Source: an uncultured Rhodobacteraceae bacterium
GTDB taxonomy: Bacteria; Bacteroidota; Bacteroidia; Flavobacteriales; Flavobacteriaceae
Assembly: GCA_943788135.1 (NCBI GenBank)
Contig: CALSPC010000010.1
Location: 7,848 to 71,847, forward strand
DNA: 64,000 nucleotides
Reading direction: 5' to 3'
Position numbers and translations under genes: made by a program. This document shows positions 20,569 to 30,681 of the stretch, in pieces. How positions within the stretch are numbered: the first letter of the stretch is position 1; each line of letters opens with the position of its first letter. The notes below the pieces were generated by a model that saw nothing but the letters and a program-made list of their open reading frames with translations, made no database searches and was not told the DNA's origin.

Positions 20569-22011
20569 TTAATTTATTTTAAACCAATTACTATTAAAAT
20601 CACATGTCCGTAACTCACCATTAATTTTAATGTAAGTATCCATGATTTTTTCTTCTTGCCATTTTTCTATTGCACTTAATTGTTTTTCTTGAAGTGCTAG
20701 GGCTTTGATTTTCAAATAATCCTGTGCAAAAGTAGCCTCATGTTCATCGACACGTTCTGTTACCGTGACTATTTTAAACTTTATTGGATTAATGCGGTCC
20801 TCATCTTTAAGGACTGGACTAACTTCATTATCTTTTAAGTTTTGGATTTGAGCATAAAACTCAGGATCCATTTTAGTGAGTTCAAAACTATAATCTTGAG
20901 TTTCTGGATTTCTCAGTTGACCACCGTCAAACTTAGTTTCTTTTTCGTCACTTGCCTCTCTTGCTGCATCAGCGAAAGTGATTTCGCCATCAACGATACT
21001 TTGTCTTACCTTTTCTAGTTTTTCCTTAGCAGCTTCAATTGCAGCATTGGTTATTTTTGGTCTTAATAGAATATGTCTAACATCGTACTCTTGTCCTCTA
21101 ATTTTTTCTAATTGAATGATATGATATCCAAAATCCGTTTTGAACGGTTTAGAAACTTCACCTTCTTGTAATGAAAAAGCTACCTCTCTAAATTCTTTTG
21201 CCATCACAGGGCGTTTTCTATTAAGAGTATATTTTCCTCCGGTTCGTTTAGACCCTGGATCTTCGGTATAAAGTACGGCTTTAGTTGTAAAACTAGCGCC
21301 ATTATCTAAAACATCCGCACGAAATTCATTTAAACGTTTAATAACTTTGTCTGTCTCAACTTTAGTTGTCTGTGGAATAACCACAATTTGAGCGATTCGC
21401 AATTCGGTCCCAAACAATGGACGTTCGTCCTCTGGAATTTTGTTGAAAAACTGACGAACTTCGTCTGGAGTGACTTCTATCTCATCTATTATGGACTGTT
21501 GCATCAAGGATGCCATTTTGCCATTTTTATTCAACTCAAACATTTCGTCTCTGAGTTCTTTTTCCGAAGATTTTTTATAGTAGGCAATCAGTTTGTCCAT
21601 AGAGCCAATCTGCTCTGCAAAGCCTTCGAGTTGTTGATCTACATAAGATTTAACTTCTGCATCGTTAACTTCCAAACTGTCTTGAATCGCATGATGAATA
21701 TAAAGTTTATCTTCTAATAACTTCCCAAAAAGCTGACAACGGGTAATATCTTCTGTTGAAACACCACTTGCTTCTAATTGTGTAAATTGTTTATCAATAT
21801 CAGAGTCTAAGATTACAAAATCGCCTATAACTGCTGCGACACCATCTAATTTTACGCGTTGAACGGTATCGATTGCGGTGGCTTTGGGCGCCTCTACTTC
21901 AGCCTCTCCAATAATTTCTTGTGAAAATGACGAAAGGGTGGTCAAAAAACATAACCCTAATACGTAAGACTTAATTGTAAATTTCAAAATTTTTATTTTT
22001 AATGGCATCAT
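20569..22011 (-). CDS. SurA-like periplasmic chaperone / parvulin PPIase
   Basis: It has a signal peptide, a SurA-N-like helical region and a parvulin domain (FKTDFGYHIIQLEK). Confidence 0.75.
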   Translation of the reverse strand: MMPLKIKILKFTIKSYVLGLCFLTTLSSFSQEIIGEAEVEAPKATAIDTVQRVKLDGVAAVIGDFVILDSDIDKQFTQLEASGVSTEDITRCQLFGKLLEDKLYIHHAIQDSLEVNDAEVKSYVDQQLEGFAEQIGSMDKLIAYYKKSSEKELRDEMFELNKNGKMASLMQQSIIDEIEVTPDEVRQFFNKIPEDERPLFGTELRIAQIVVIPQTTKVETDKVIKRLNEFRADVLDNGASFTTKAVLYTEDPGSKRTGGKYTLNRKRPVMAKEFREVAFSLQEGEVSKPFKTDFGYHIIQLEKIRGQEYDVRHILLRPKITNAAIEAAKEKLEKVRQSIVDGEITFADAAREASDEKETKFDGGQLRNPETQDYSFELTKMDPEFYAQIQNLKDNEVSPVLKDEDRINPIKFKIVTVTERVDEHEATFAQDYLKIKALALQEKQLSAIEKWQEEKIMDTYIKINGELRTCDFNSNWFKIN

Positions 22012-22825
22012 TAACTATATCACTTTTTAGTTGCTTGATGAGTTTTAGCTTTCGTTTATTAATGACTATTTGTTTTAATGTTGGTAATACATATTGTTTT
22101 GGAGCTTGACTACCACGTTTTAAAACTTCATTAACCTGCATCAAATATAACCCTAAAGAATCTTTGAGCTGTATAAAATTAGGTTTTTTTAACAGTACTT
22201 TATTAAAACCCAATTGTAAGGGTTTAATTTTAGAAATCACTTGTTCCGATTTTATCCAGATGGAATCTTTCAAATAGAACGAATTAAATTGAATAGCAAT
22301 AGAATCTAACACAAATTTATCTTCAGCATTGAAACGTTTGAACCGTTTTTTTACCTCATCTAAATTAGATAATTTAGAGTTTACATTCACATATCGCATT
22401 TTTAGAAGATCTTCTTTTAAAACGAAAAGTTGTGTGTTATTGTTGTAAACATCATCTAATTCCTGGTCTGAAATTAACGTATCTAGGTTATTATTTACCA
22501 AAGCTTCAACATATGCAGAGGTGTAAAGGTCGCTTTTGTATTGCTGAATGAGTTGCTCAAACTCTGTTTGAGTGTCTTTTTTTAAATTTAAAACAGCACC
22601 ATCGATAAGGAGTTGTGTAGTTGCCCAATTATTTATAATGTTTTGAACATAAATAATACTATCCATTTCAGATTGACCTTCAACAAAACTAAAGTCTATA
22701 TCTGACTCGTACAAAAAAGCATCGTTAACTCGCGCCAAGGGCACTTGTTCTTGGGTATCGGAACGTAAATTACAGGACTGAATAGTCAATAATAAAATTC
22801 CAAATAGTGTATAGAAGTATTTCAA
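21971..22825 (-). CDS. Hypothetical lipoprotein in the SurA/PpiD chaperone cluster
   Basis: The 284-aa protein has a lipoprotein signal (LLTIQSC) and no catalytic motif that I recognise. Confidence 0.5.
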   Translation of the reverse strand: MKYFYTLFGILLLTIQSCNLRSDTQEQVPLARVNDAFLYESDIDFSFVEGQSEMDSIIYVQNIINNWATTQLLIDGAVLNLKKDTQTEFEQLIQQYKSDLYTSAYVEALVNNNLDTLISDQELDDVYNNNTQLFVLKEDLLKMRYVNVNSKLSNLDEVKKRFKRFNAEDKFVLDSIAIQFNSFYLKDSIWIKSEQVISKIKPLQLGFNKVLLKKPNFIQLKDSLGLYLMQVNEVLKRGSQAPKQYVLPTLKQIVINKRKLKLIKQLKSDIVNDAIKNKNFEIYN

Positions 22826-22826
22826 T

Positions 22827-24771
22827 TTAGTTAGAGATTAGTTCGTTTACTTTTTTAAGCACATCTTCATGCACAACAACATCGAACTTGACTCGTAACT
22901 CATCTAACCATTCCGATTCTAAAACAACTTGATAATCGGCAATGACTTGTCCTTTTGCTTCTTCAAAGGATTTGACAGATTCTGGTTTAATTGCTGAAAT
23001 ATTTAGTACATAATAATTTGAATTTTCTTGGATTACTTTTGACACTCCTTTGACTGCTTCAAAAGTATTGGGCAAAGCGGAATGTCCGATTTCAAATTCA
23101 CCATTTGTGAATATCACATTTTGCTCGTTATTTGTATTGAGTGCTTCAGCAATGGCTGCATTCGATTTATTTCTACTCCAATGCTTGCGTACTTTTTTGA
23201 TATGTTTAGCGTTCGTGGACCGCGCTACAGACCCCTCAACTCTTTTAGGCCATACATAATTTTGTTTGTTTGCATTATAAAATTCTTGCAAACCGACTGA
23301 ATCATTTTTGGCGCCTTCCCATATTTTATCTTGCATCAATTCAAACAACAACAAGCCTTCTCTATATTCATTAATAACATGAGCAAATTCTTCATTTTCT
23401 TTTTCTAGGTTATCTTTTTTGTACTGAAAAACAGACTGTTCTAAAAAAGACGCATATTGTTTTTTTATAAGCTGAGTTTTAGCCCATTTACTATTGACAA
23501 GTCTTTGGTTTGTATTTAAATAGTCTAAAAAATCTTGTAATACATAAATTTGATCCTTTACAATAAGAACCGACTGGTTGGCATCAGCGTTTGCCGAAAG
23601 CTTCCAAGTACTTTTAGTGGAATCAAAAGTTAGATTAGAACCCAATTGTATGAAGTTAGGCTTTTGATTTGAAATTTGATACTCTGCTAATAATTGCTCT
23701 AGCATTTTTGCTTTGACAATTTGTGATCGCGAATCTTTACCTACTTGGTTTTCTAAATTAGGCTGTAATTTCTCAAAAGACGCTACAGGTGTTTTATCAA
23801 TAAATTTTAGAATATGCCATCCATACCGTGTTTGGATTGGTTGAGATATTGGGTTTGACGCACTAAGTTCAAAAGCAGTGTTTTCAAAAATTTCTGAGTT
23901 TATCTGACCCGATTTAAAAGGCTTAAGCTTACCGCCTCGCGAGGCGCTGCTTTTATCATCTGAAAATTGTGTTGCAAGTGCTTCAAAGTCATCGCCTTGA
24001 AGAAGTAGTCGATGCAATTCCTCGAATGCGGTCTTCAGCAACTAGAGTACTATCTTTTTGAGTGTTTGAAATCATAATGTGCGCAACACTCACTTCTCCT
24101 CTAGACTTACGTTTTTCTAAAACTTTTACAACATGAAATCCAAACCTAGTTCTAAAGGGCTCGGACACTTGGTTAACAGCTGTAGAATAAGCAGCCGATT
24201 CAAAATCATAAACCATTTTAAATGCAGAAAAATAGCCAAGATTTTCTACGAAAGTAGATTTCCCATCATGAAGTTCTTTTCTAAGAGCCTCAAAATCTTC
24301 GTTAATAAAGCGTTCTCTGTAGGCTTTAATTTTTGAATATGCTTCTAAGGTATCGGTTTCAACCTCATCCAATAGTACTAAAATATGCTGTGCTTTTACT
24401 TCATTTTTAGTACGTTCATAAGCTTCACGAACTAGACTTTCTGTTACTTTTTTGTCGGTCAAATAGGATTTAATCAATTGCTCTTTGTAAGACTTAAATT
24501 CTTTTAAGTAAACTGGATCTTTATCATACCGTAATGCTTTGGCTTCAGCTAATTTTAATTTATAATTCACAAACAATTCTAAATAGGAATCGACATCTTT
24601 TTGTGAATCGTCTTGGACTAAGTTTAAGTTTTTATTGTAAACTCTTAAAAATTCATTAGCTGAAATGGCTTCATCTGCAATTGTTAGTAATATTTCATTT
24701 TTAGAAATTTGAGCAGATGATAATAGGAATGAAAAGCAGGAAACACTTAGAATTAGGAACTTTTTACGCAT
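22827..24771 (-). pseudogene. PpiD/SurA-like PPIase with two parvulin domains, split by one frameshift near 24030-24045
   Basis: ORFs 23989-24771 and 22827-24041 overlap in different frames. The second parvulin domain starts in the first ORF (EVSVAHIMIS) and finishes in the second (DDFEALATQFSDD ... YGWHILKF). Confidence 0.8.
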
Positions 24772-24862
24772 GTTGTAATTTTTATGAAAAACAAAAGTAC
24801 TAATTATAGGGGAAAATACAAATGTATTTTAAGTTGATGCTTAAGGTAAAAAACTAAAATTA

Positions 24863-26335
24863 TTATCTAGAATAATTAGGCGCTTCTTTGGTAATCATCA
24901 CATTATGAGGATGACTTTCACTTATCCCAGATGAGGTGATCTTTACAAAACGTCCGGTATCTTTAAGCGTTTGTACGTCCTTAGCTCCACAATACCCCAT
25001 TCCAGCACGAAGTCCTCCTATAAATTGATGAATACTTTCATATAAGTCACCTTTATAAGGCACACGCCCGACGATTCCTTCGGGGACAAGTTTTTTAATA
25101 TCATCTTCAACATCTTGAAAATAGCGATCTTTACTTCCTTCTTTCATAGCTTCTACAGAACCCATTCCTCTGTAAGACTTGAATTTTCGACCTTCGTATA
25201 TGATCGTTTCACCAGGAGATTCTTTAGTTCCTGCTAATAACGAGCCTAACATAACTGAATCAGCTCCTGCAGCAATCGCTTTCGGAATATCACCTGTATA
25301 TCGTATACCTCCATCGGCAATTACAGGGATACCTGATCCTTTTAGTGCTGCAGCAACTTCTAGGACAGCTGAAAATTGTGGAAACCCTACCCCAGCTACA
25401 ACACGAGTTGTACAAATAGAGCCTGGACCAATTCCAACTTTAACTGCATCTGCACCAGCTTCAACTAAATATTTTGCGGCCTCTGCCGTTGCAATGTTTC
25501 CAACCACAACATCAAGGTCAGGAAATATGGATTTAATAGACTTTAAAACATCAACAACTCCTTTGGTGTGTCCATGAGCCGTATCTATAATTACAGCATC
25601 CACGCCAGATTTCACCAAAGCAGAGGTGCGTTCAACAGCATCATGTGTTACGCCAATGGCAGCAGCAACTCTAAGGCGTCCAAAATGATCTTTATTAGAA
25701 ATTGGTTTTTGCGTTAATTTTGTAATATCTCTAAATGTGATAAGACCTACTAATTTAAAATTATCATCAACAACAGGTAATTTTTCGATTTTTTTCTTTT
25801 GAAGAATAACCTCAGCTTGCTGCAGAGAAGTACCTTCGGAAGTAGTGACTAAATTTTCAGTAGTCATAATCTCTGTAATAGGACGATTACTTTCCTTTTC
25901 GAATCTTAAGTCTCTATTGGTAACAATTCCTTTTAAGAAACCGTCTTTATCTATAATAGGTATACCGCCAATTCGGTGCTCCTTCATACTCATTTGTGCA
26001 TCTCTAACAGTTGCATTTAAAGGCAAAGTCACTGGGTCGATTATCATACCACTTTCTGCACGTTTAACTTTTCTAACCTTAATTGCTTGTTCCTCAATGG
26101 TCATGTTTTTATGTAACACGCCAATGCCACCTTCTCGAGCCATGGCTATTGCCATTTTACTTTCGGTTACTGTATCCATTGCAGCTGAAATAATGGGAAC
26201 ATTCAGCGTTATATTTTTGGTGAATTTTGTTTTTATACTGACATCACGTGGTAATATTTCAGAATAGGCTGGAATTAAAAGGACGTCGTCGTAAGCAAGA
26301 CCTTCGCCGACAATTTTGGATAGATGTGCATTCAT
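24863..26335 (-). CDS. guaB: IMP dehydrogenase
   Basis: The 490-aa protein has the catalytic loop GIGPGSICTTR and an inserted CBS pair. Confidence 0.93.
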   Translation of the reverse strand: MNAHLSKIVGEGLAYDDVLLIPAYSEILPRDVSIKTKFTKNITLNVPIISAAMDTVTESKMAIAMAREGGIGVLHKNMTIEEQAIKVRKVKRAESGMIIDPVTLPLNATVRDAQMSMKEHRIGGIPIIDKDGFLKGIVTNRDLRFEKESNRPITEIMTTENLVTTSEGTSLQQAEVILQKKKIEKLPVVDDNFKLVGLITFRDITKLTQKPISNKDHFGRLRVAAAIGVTHDAVERTSALVKSGVDAVIIDTAHGHTKGVVDVLKSIKSIFPDLDVVVGNIATAEAAKYLVEAGADAVKVGIGPGSICTTRVVAGVGFPQFSAVLEVAAALKGSGIPVIADGGIRYTGDIPKAIAAGADSVMLGSLLAGTKESPGETIIYEGRKFKSYRGMGSVEAMKEGSKDRYFQDVEDDIKKLVPEGIVGRVPYKGDLYESIHQFIGGLRAGMGYCGAKDVQTLKDTGRFVKITSSGISESHPHNVMITKEAPNYSR

Positions 26336-26552
26336 AGCAAATAGCTTATAATTGCATGCAAATTTAAGATTTTTTTAATTGAAAAAGGCACAATGTTATT
26401 TTATTTAAAAAAAGAATACGTTTAGTTATAGATATTAGGTGAATTATCACAATAAAATTCTTAATACATCAGAAAAATTCATTTTTTATTAAATTTAAAA
26501 CGACTGTAAACCAATTGTTTAATTTTTTTATTTTTATTTATTCTAAATAAAC

Positions 26553-26583
26553 TTTGTGAAACTAAAATTCATTTGTAGATTTG
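26553..26583 (+). promoter_or_regulatory. Bacteroidota-type promoter of the TonB-dependent receptor gene
   Basis: TTTG (26553-26556), a 19-nt spacer, then TAGATTTG (26576-26583), 40 nt upstream of the ATG. Confidence 0.5.
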
Positions 26584-26623
26584 CAACTGAAATCAAAGCT
26601 TATTTTTAATCAGTCTAAATAAA

Positions 26624-28843
26624 ATGAAAAAAACACTTACACTACTCGCCTTAACAGCTATAGGGGTTATAAACGCCCAACAAGAACCAACTTCTGTTGA
26701 TTCCATACAACAACTAGACCCTGTTTTTATTAACTCACAGGTCATTTTCGGAAGTAAATATGAAGCCAAGAACAGAACAGGATCGTCTTTCTATCTTTCT
26801 CCTAAAGAATTAGAAAAATTTTCACATTCAGATATTAACAGAGTTTTGCGCTCTGTACCGGGTGTGAATATCTATGAAGAAGACGGTTTTGGATTACGTC
26901 CAAATATAAGTCTTCGTGGGACCTCTCCAGAGCGAAGTGCAAAAATATCCATCATGGAAGATGGGGTTCTTATAGCTCCTGCGCCTTACAGTGCACCGGC
27001 AGCTTATTATTTTCCATCCGTTGCTAGAATGCAAGCAGTTGAAATTCTAAAAGGAAGTAGCCAAATACAGTATGGTCCTTTCACAACCGGCGGTGCTCTA
27101 AATTTAGTAAGCACTCAAATTCCAGATCAATTTGAAGGGCGAATCCAAACCAATTATGGAAGTTTCAATACTAGTCAAACACACTTGAAAATAGGAGATT
27201 CTAAAACCAATATTGGTTATGCCGTTGAATATCTAAACAACAATTCGGATGGCTTTAAAAATTTACCGAATGGAGACAATACAGGTTTTGATAAAAATGA
27301 TGTGGTGGCTAAGTTAAAGCTTAGAAGCAATCAAGATGCCAAATACAAACAATCTCTTGAATTTAAATTTCAATATTCTGATGAGACTTCTAATGAAACA
27401 TATCTTGGTCTGACTACAGATGATTTTAAATCAAATCCTTTTAATCGTTATGCAGCGTCCCAAAAAGATCTAATGACTAATGAGCACCAACAGTTTATGG
27501 TGACTCATAAAATTGACGTTTCTAAATTCTTGCAAATTACAACTAATGCATATCAGAATGATTTTTCGCGAAACTGGTACAAATTGAATGATGTAGTTTT
27601 TGATGGCAGCAAGCAGAAAATTTCTAAAGTACTAGATAAACCCCAGGATTACCCTAACTATATGGCTATCATTAATGGGACTTCTGATTCAGAGGCGAAT
27701 GCCCTAGTTCTAAAAGCCAACAATAGAACATATGTCTCTAAAGGAATTCAAACCAAATTGGATTTTCATTGGAATAAAGGGTCTGTGTTTCATGATGTTG
27801 AAATTGGTTTGCGCTACCACTACGATGAAGAGGATCGTTTTCAATGGAAGGATGGATACAGTATTACAAATGGCCAAATGAATTTAACTTCTGCAGGAAC
27901 TCCTGGAAGTGATGCTAACCGCATCAGTAAAGCTACTGCATTTGCAGGGTCTGTGCTATACAAATTAAAATTCAACGCGATCACTATAACACCTGGATTA
28001 CGTTATGAAAACATTGTTTTAGCAAGAGATAATTTTGGATCAGATGACTTCAACAGAAGTGGAACTGATCTTTCTAGTCGAGAAAATAAAGTGGCTATTT
28101 TTATTCCTGGTATTGGGTTTAACTATAAATTTAATAATTCAACATCTCTATTTGGAGGCATACATAAAGGGTTCTCGCCTCCTGGAAATACCGTTGGACA
28201 AGAATCTGAAGAAAGTATAAATTACGAACTAGGTTCAAGGTTCAACATCAAAGGGTTGCGCGGAGAGCTTGTTGGGTTCTATAACGATTATAGCAACCTA
28301 TTAGGAAGTGACTTAGCAGCTTCTGGCGGTACAGGGTCATTAGATCAGTTTAATGCTGGAGAAGTTAGCGTAAAAGGTATTGAATTACTTTTAAATTATG
28401 ATTTACTAGAAACAAACAACACTTTTGCACTACCTATCTCATTTGGCTATACTTTTACAGATACCGAATTTTTAAACAGTTTTGGTAGTGACGATGGTTT
28501 ATGGGGAGAAGTACAACGCGGAGACGAGTTGCCTTATATTGCCAAGCATCAATTTAATACTTCTATAGCTTTAGAGCATGCAAAGTTTGAACTTAACTTG
28601 AATGGTCGCCTAAATGGAGCCTTTAAAACTGAGGCAAGTGCAGATGCTGTTAATTCTACAAATGGTATTACATCCAATTTTATAATTGATTTTTCAGGAA
28701 AGTACCATGTCACAAAAACATTCAGTGTATCTGCAAAAGTGATAAACCTTTTAGATAAAACTTATGCCGTAGCCAAAGTTCCTGCTGGCCTACGCCCAGG
28801 ACATCCCTTTGGAATCTATGGAGGTATTGACTTTAGGTTCTAA
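26624..28843 (+). CDS. TonB-dependent outer-membrane receptor
   Basis: The 739-aa protein has a signal peptide, an N-terminal plug region (VPGVNIYEEDGFGLRPNISLRG), a beta-barrel and a terminal aromatic residue (DFRF). Confidence 0.85.
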   Translation: MKKTLTLLALTAIGVINAQQEPTSVDSIQQLDPVFINSQVIFGSKYEAKNRTGSSFYLSPKELEKFSHSDINRVLRSVPGVNIYEEDGFGLRPNISLRGTSPERSAKISIMEDGVLIAPAPYSAPAAYYFPSVARMQAVEILKGSSQIQYGPFTTGGALNLVSTQIPDQFEGRIQTNYGSFNTSQTHLKIGDSKTNIGYAVEYLNNNSDGFKNLPNGDNTGFDKNDVVAKLKLRSNQDAKYKQSLEFKFQYSDETSNETYLGLTTDDFKSNPFNRYAASQKDLMTNEHQQFMVTHKIDVSKFLQITTNAYQNDFSRNWYKLNDVVFDGSKQKISKVLDKPQDYPNYMAIINGTSDSEANALVLKANNRTYVSKGIQTKLDFHWNKGSVFHDVEIGLRYHYDEEDRFQWKDGYSITNGQMNLTSAGTPGSDANRISKATAFAGSVLYKLKFNAITITPGLRYENIVLARDNFGSDDFNRSGTDLSSRENKVAIFIPGIGFNYKFNNSTSLFGGIHKGFSPPGNTVGQESEESINYELGSRFNIKGLRGELVGFYNDYSNLLGSDLAASGGTGSLDQFNAGEVSVKGIELLLNYDLLETNNTFALPISFGYTFTDTEFLNSFGSDDGLWGEVQRGDELPYIAKHQFNTSIALEHAKFELNLNGRLNGAFKTEASADAVNSTNGITSNFIIDFSGKYHVTKTFSVSAKVINLLDKTYAVAKVPAGLRPGHPFGIYGGIDFRF

Positions 28844-28861
28844 AACAACTATAAAATATTC

Positions 28862-28895
28862 AAAAGAGCCGTTAGTTTCCTAACGGCTCTTTTTA
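28862..28895. terminator. Bidirectional hairpin terminator
   Basis: AGAGCCGTTAG (28865-28875) pairs with CTAACGGCTCT (28880-28890) around loop TTTC, flanked by an A-run and a T-run. It lies between convergent genes. Confidence 0.75.
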
Positions 28896-28896
28896 T

Positions 28897-29763
28897 TTAG
28901 TGATATACTGAAAATATTTTTGTGGCTTCATTATAAGCACTTTCAAAACTTAGAGCATTAAGCGCTGTATTAGCTTTTTGAGCAGTAAAGTAGGATAGTA
29001 ATTTTTCTGTGGGCATGTTGCCCGTTAGCTCGTCCTTAGCCATGGGGCATCCACCAAACCCCTGAATTGCTCCATCAAAACGAAAACACCCCGCTTTATA
29101 GGCGGCATCTACTTTTGAATGCCAATATAATGGATTGGTATGCAAGTGCGCTCCAAATTCGATATGAGGATACGCAGGGATTAATTTTGAAAATAAATAA
29201 GAAATACTTTCTGGAGTTGAACTCCCTATGGTATCACTCAACGATAAAATTTCTACACCCATAGCGTTAAGGCGCTCTGTCCATTTGGCAACAACATCTA
29301 CATTCCAAGGATCTCCGTAAGGATTCCCAAAAGCCATAGAAATATAAACCACAACGCGTTTGTTGTGTGCTTGTGCAATATCTAAAATCGATGCTAAGGT
29401 TTCAATAGATTGCGCAATTGTCTTATGGGTGTTACGCATCTGAAAGTTTTCTGAAATTGAAAACGGATAACCTAAAAAATCAATCTCTTTATGAGCAGCG
29501 GCAGCTAAGGCACCACGACTATTTGCTACTATAGCTAATAATTTACTTTGGGTTGAACTTAAATCTAATTGAGACAAAACCTCGGCCGTATCCACCATTT
29601 GGGGAATGGCTTTTGGAGAAACAAAACTCCCAAAATCAATGGTATCGAACCCTACACGTAATAAGGACTGAATGTACTGAACTTTCTGAGGGGTTGGAAT
29701 AAATGCTTTGAGACCTTGCATGGCATCTCGTGGGCATTCAATTATTTTTAGTGGTGGTTGCAT
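28897..29763 (-). CDS. Hydroxymethylglutaryl-CoA lyase
   Basis: The 288-aa protein has a TIM-barrel HMGL-like N-terminus (IIECPRDAMQG) and an HLH metal site (GAHLHTNP). Confidence 0.82.
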   Translation of the reverse strand: MQPPLKIIECPRDAMQGLKAFIPTPQKVQYIQSLLRVGFDTIDFGSFVSPKAIPQMVDTAEVLSQLDLSSTQSKLLAIVANSRGALAAAAHKEIDFLGYPFSISENFQMRNTHKTIAQSIETLASILDIAQAHNKRVVVYISMAFGNPYGDPWNVDVVAKWTERLNAMGVEILSLSDTIGSSTPESISYLFSKLIPAYPHIEFGAHLHTNPLYWHSKVDAAYKAGCFRFDGAIQGFGGCPMAKDELTGNMPTEKLLSYFTAQKANTALNALSFESAYNEATKIFSVYH

Positions 29764-29822
29764 CCAATTGATTCAGACTCTAAAATTACTACTATTTTTT
29801 GAAACAGCGCCAAGGAATAAAT

Positions 29823-30527
29823 CTAAGTATGCACTCTTTTGGGCAAAGAACGTTTATGAGTATAAATGATCATGCAAAAATCTTTCAACACCTTAAAGGT
29901 ACGTTCTAATCCATATTTTGACACCCCATTAAGTCGCGGATGATGAATAACCGGAACTTCTTTGATCCTAGCCCCGTTAAAATGGGCGTTAAGTGCCATA
30001 AAACGATGTAATTCGTCATAAAGCGGAATCTCTTTTGCGGTTTTAGAGGTCATAATTTTCAAGCCACAGCCCGAATCTCGAATGGATAGCTGAGTGGTTT
30101 TCATGATCATATAATTGGCAATTTTAGACGGTAATGTTTTTAGAATTGAATCTTGTCTATTTTGGCGATAGCCAATTACCATATCCCAACATTCATTTTG
30201 AATGAGAGTTAACATTTTTGGTAGGTCTGATGGATCATTTTGAAGATCGCCATCCATAGTTGCAATATAATGTCCTCGAGCACTTTTTATCCCTGCAGCT
30301 AATGCAGAGCTTTGGCCTTTGTTACATTCAAAAGCAATAAGAATTTTGTGTGGATTTGAATGTTTTTCAATGACTTCACGTGTGTTATCGGTTGAAAAAT
30401 CATCTACAAAAATAAGCTCATAGCTATGGTCTGAAAGCGTTTTTTCAACGGATTCAATCAATGCGTTAATGTTGTGTTCTTCATTATACACAGGAATTAC
30501 AATTGATACTGTCGGACGAAAAGCCAT
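29823..30527 (-). CDS. Family-2 glycosyltransferase (polyprenol-phosphate sugar transferase-like, no C-terminal TM segment)
   Basis: VSIVIPVYNEE, FVDDFSTDNT and DGDLQNDP (DxD) motifs are present. The start is taken at the MAFRPT Met. Confidence 0.8.
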   Translation of the reverse strand: MAFRPTVSIVIPVYNEEHNINALIESVEKTLSDHSYELIFVDDFSTDNTREVIEKHSNPHKILIAFECNKGQSSALAAGIKSARGHYIATMDGDLQNDPSDLPKMLTLIQNECWDMVIGYRQNRQDSILKTLPSKIANYMIMKTTQLSIRDSGCGLKIMTSKTAKEIPLYDELHRFMALNAHFNGARIKEVPVIHHPRLNGVSKYGLERTFKVLKDFCMIIYTHKRSLPKRVHT

Positions 30528-30681
30528 GACTATATAAATTAAATATTTTGCCCTTGTAGAGTTAAAGTACAAGAATACTCATAAAATTATAAACTGGAGT
30601 TCAACTCGAGTGGTTAAGTTATAGAATTTTAAATCTACGCTACATTAATTTAAACAGAAAAACGATTACAGGCTTGTTTTA

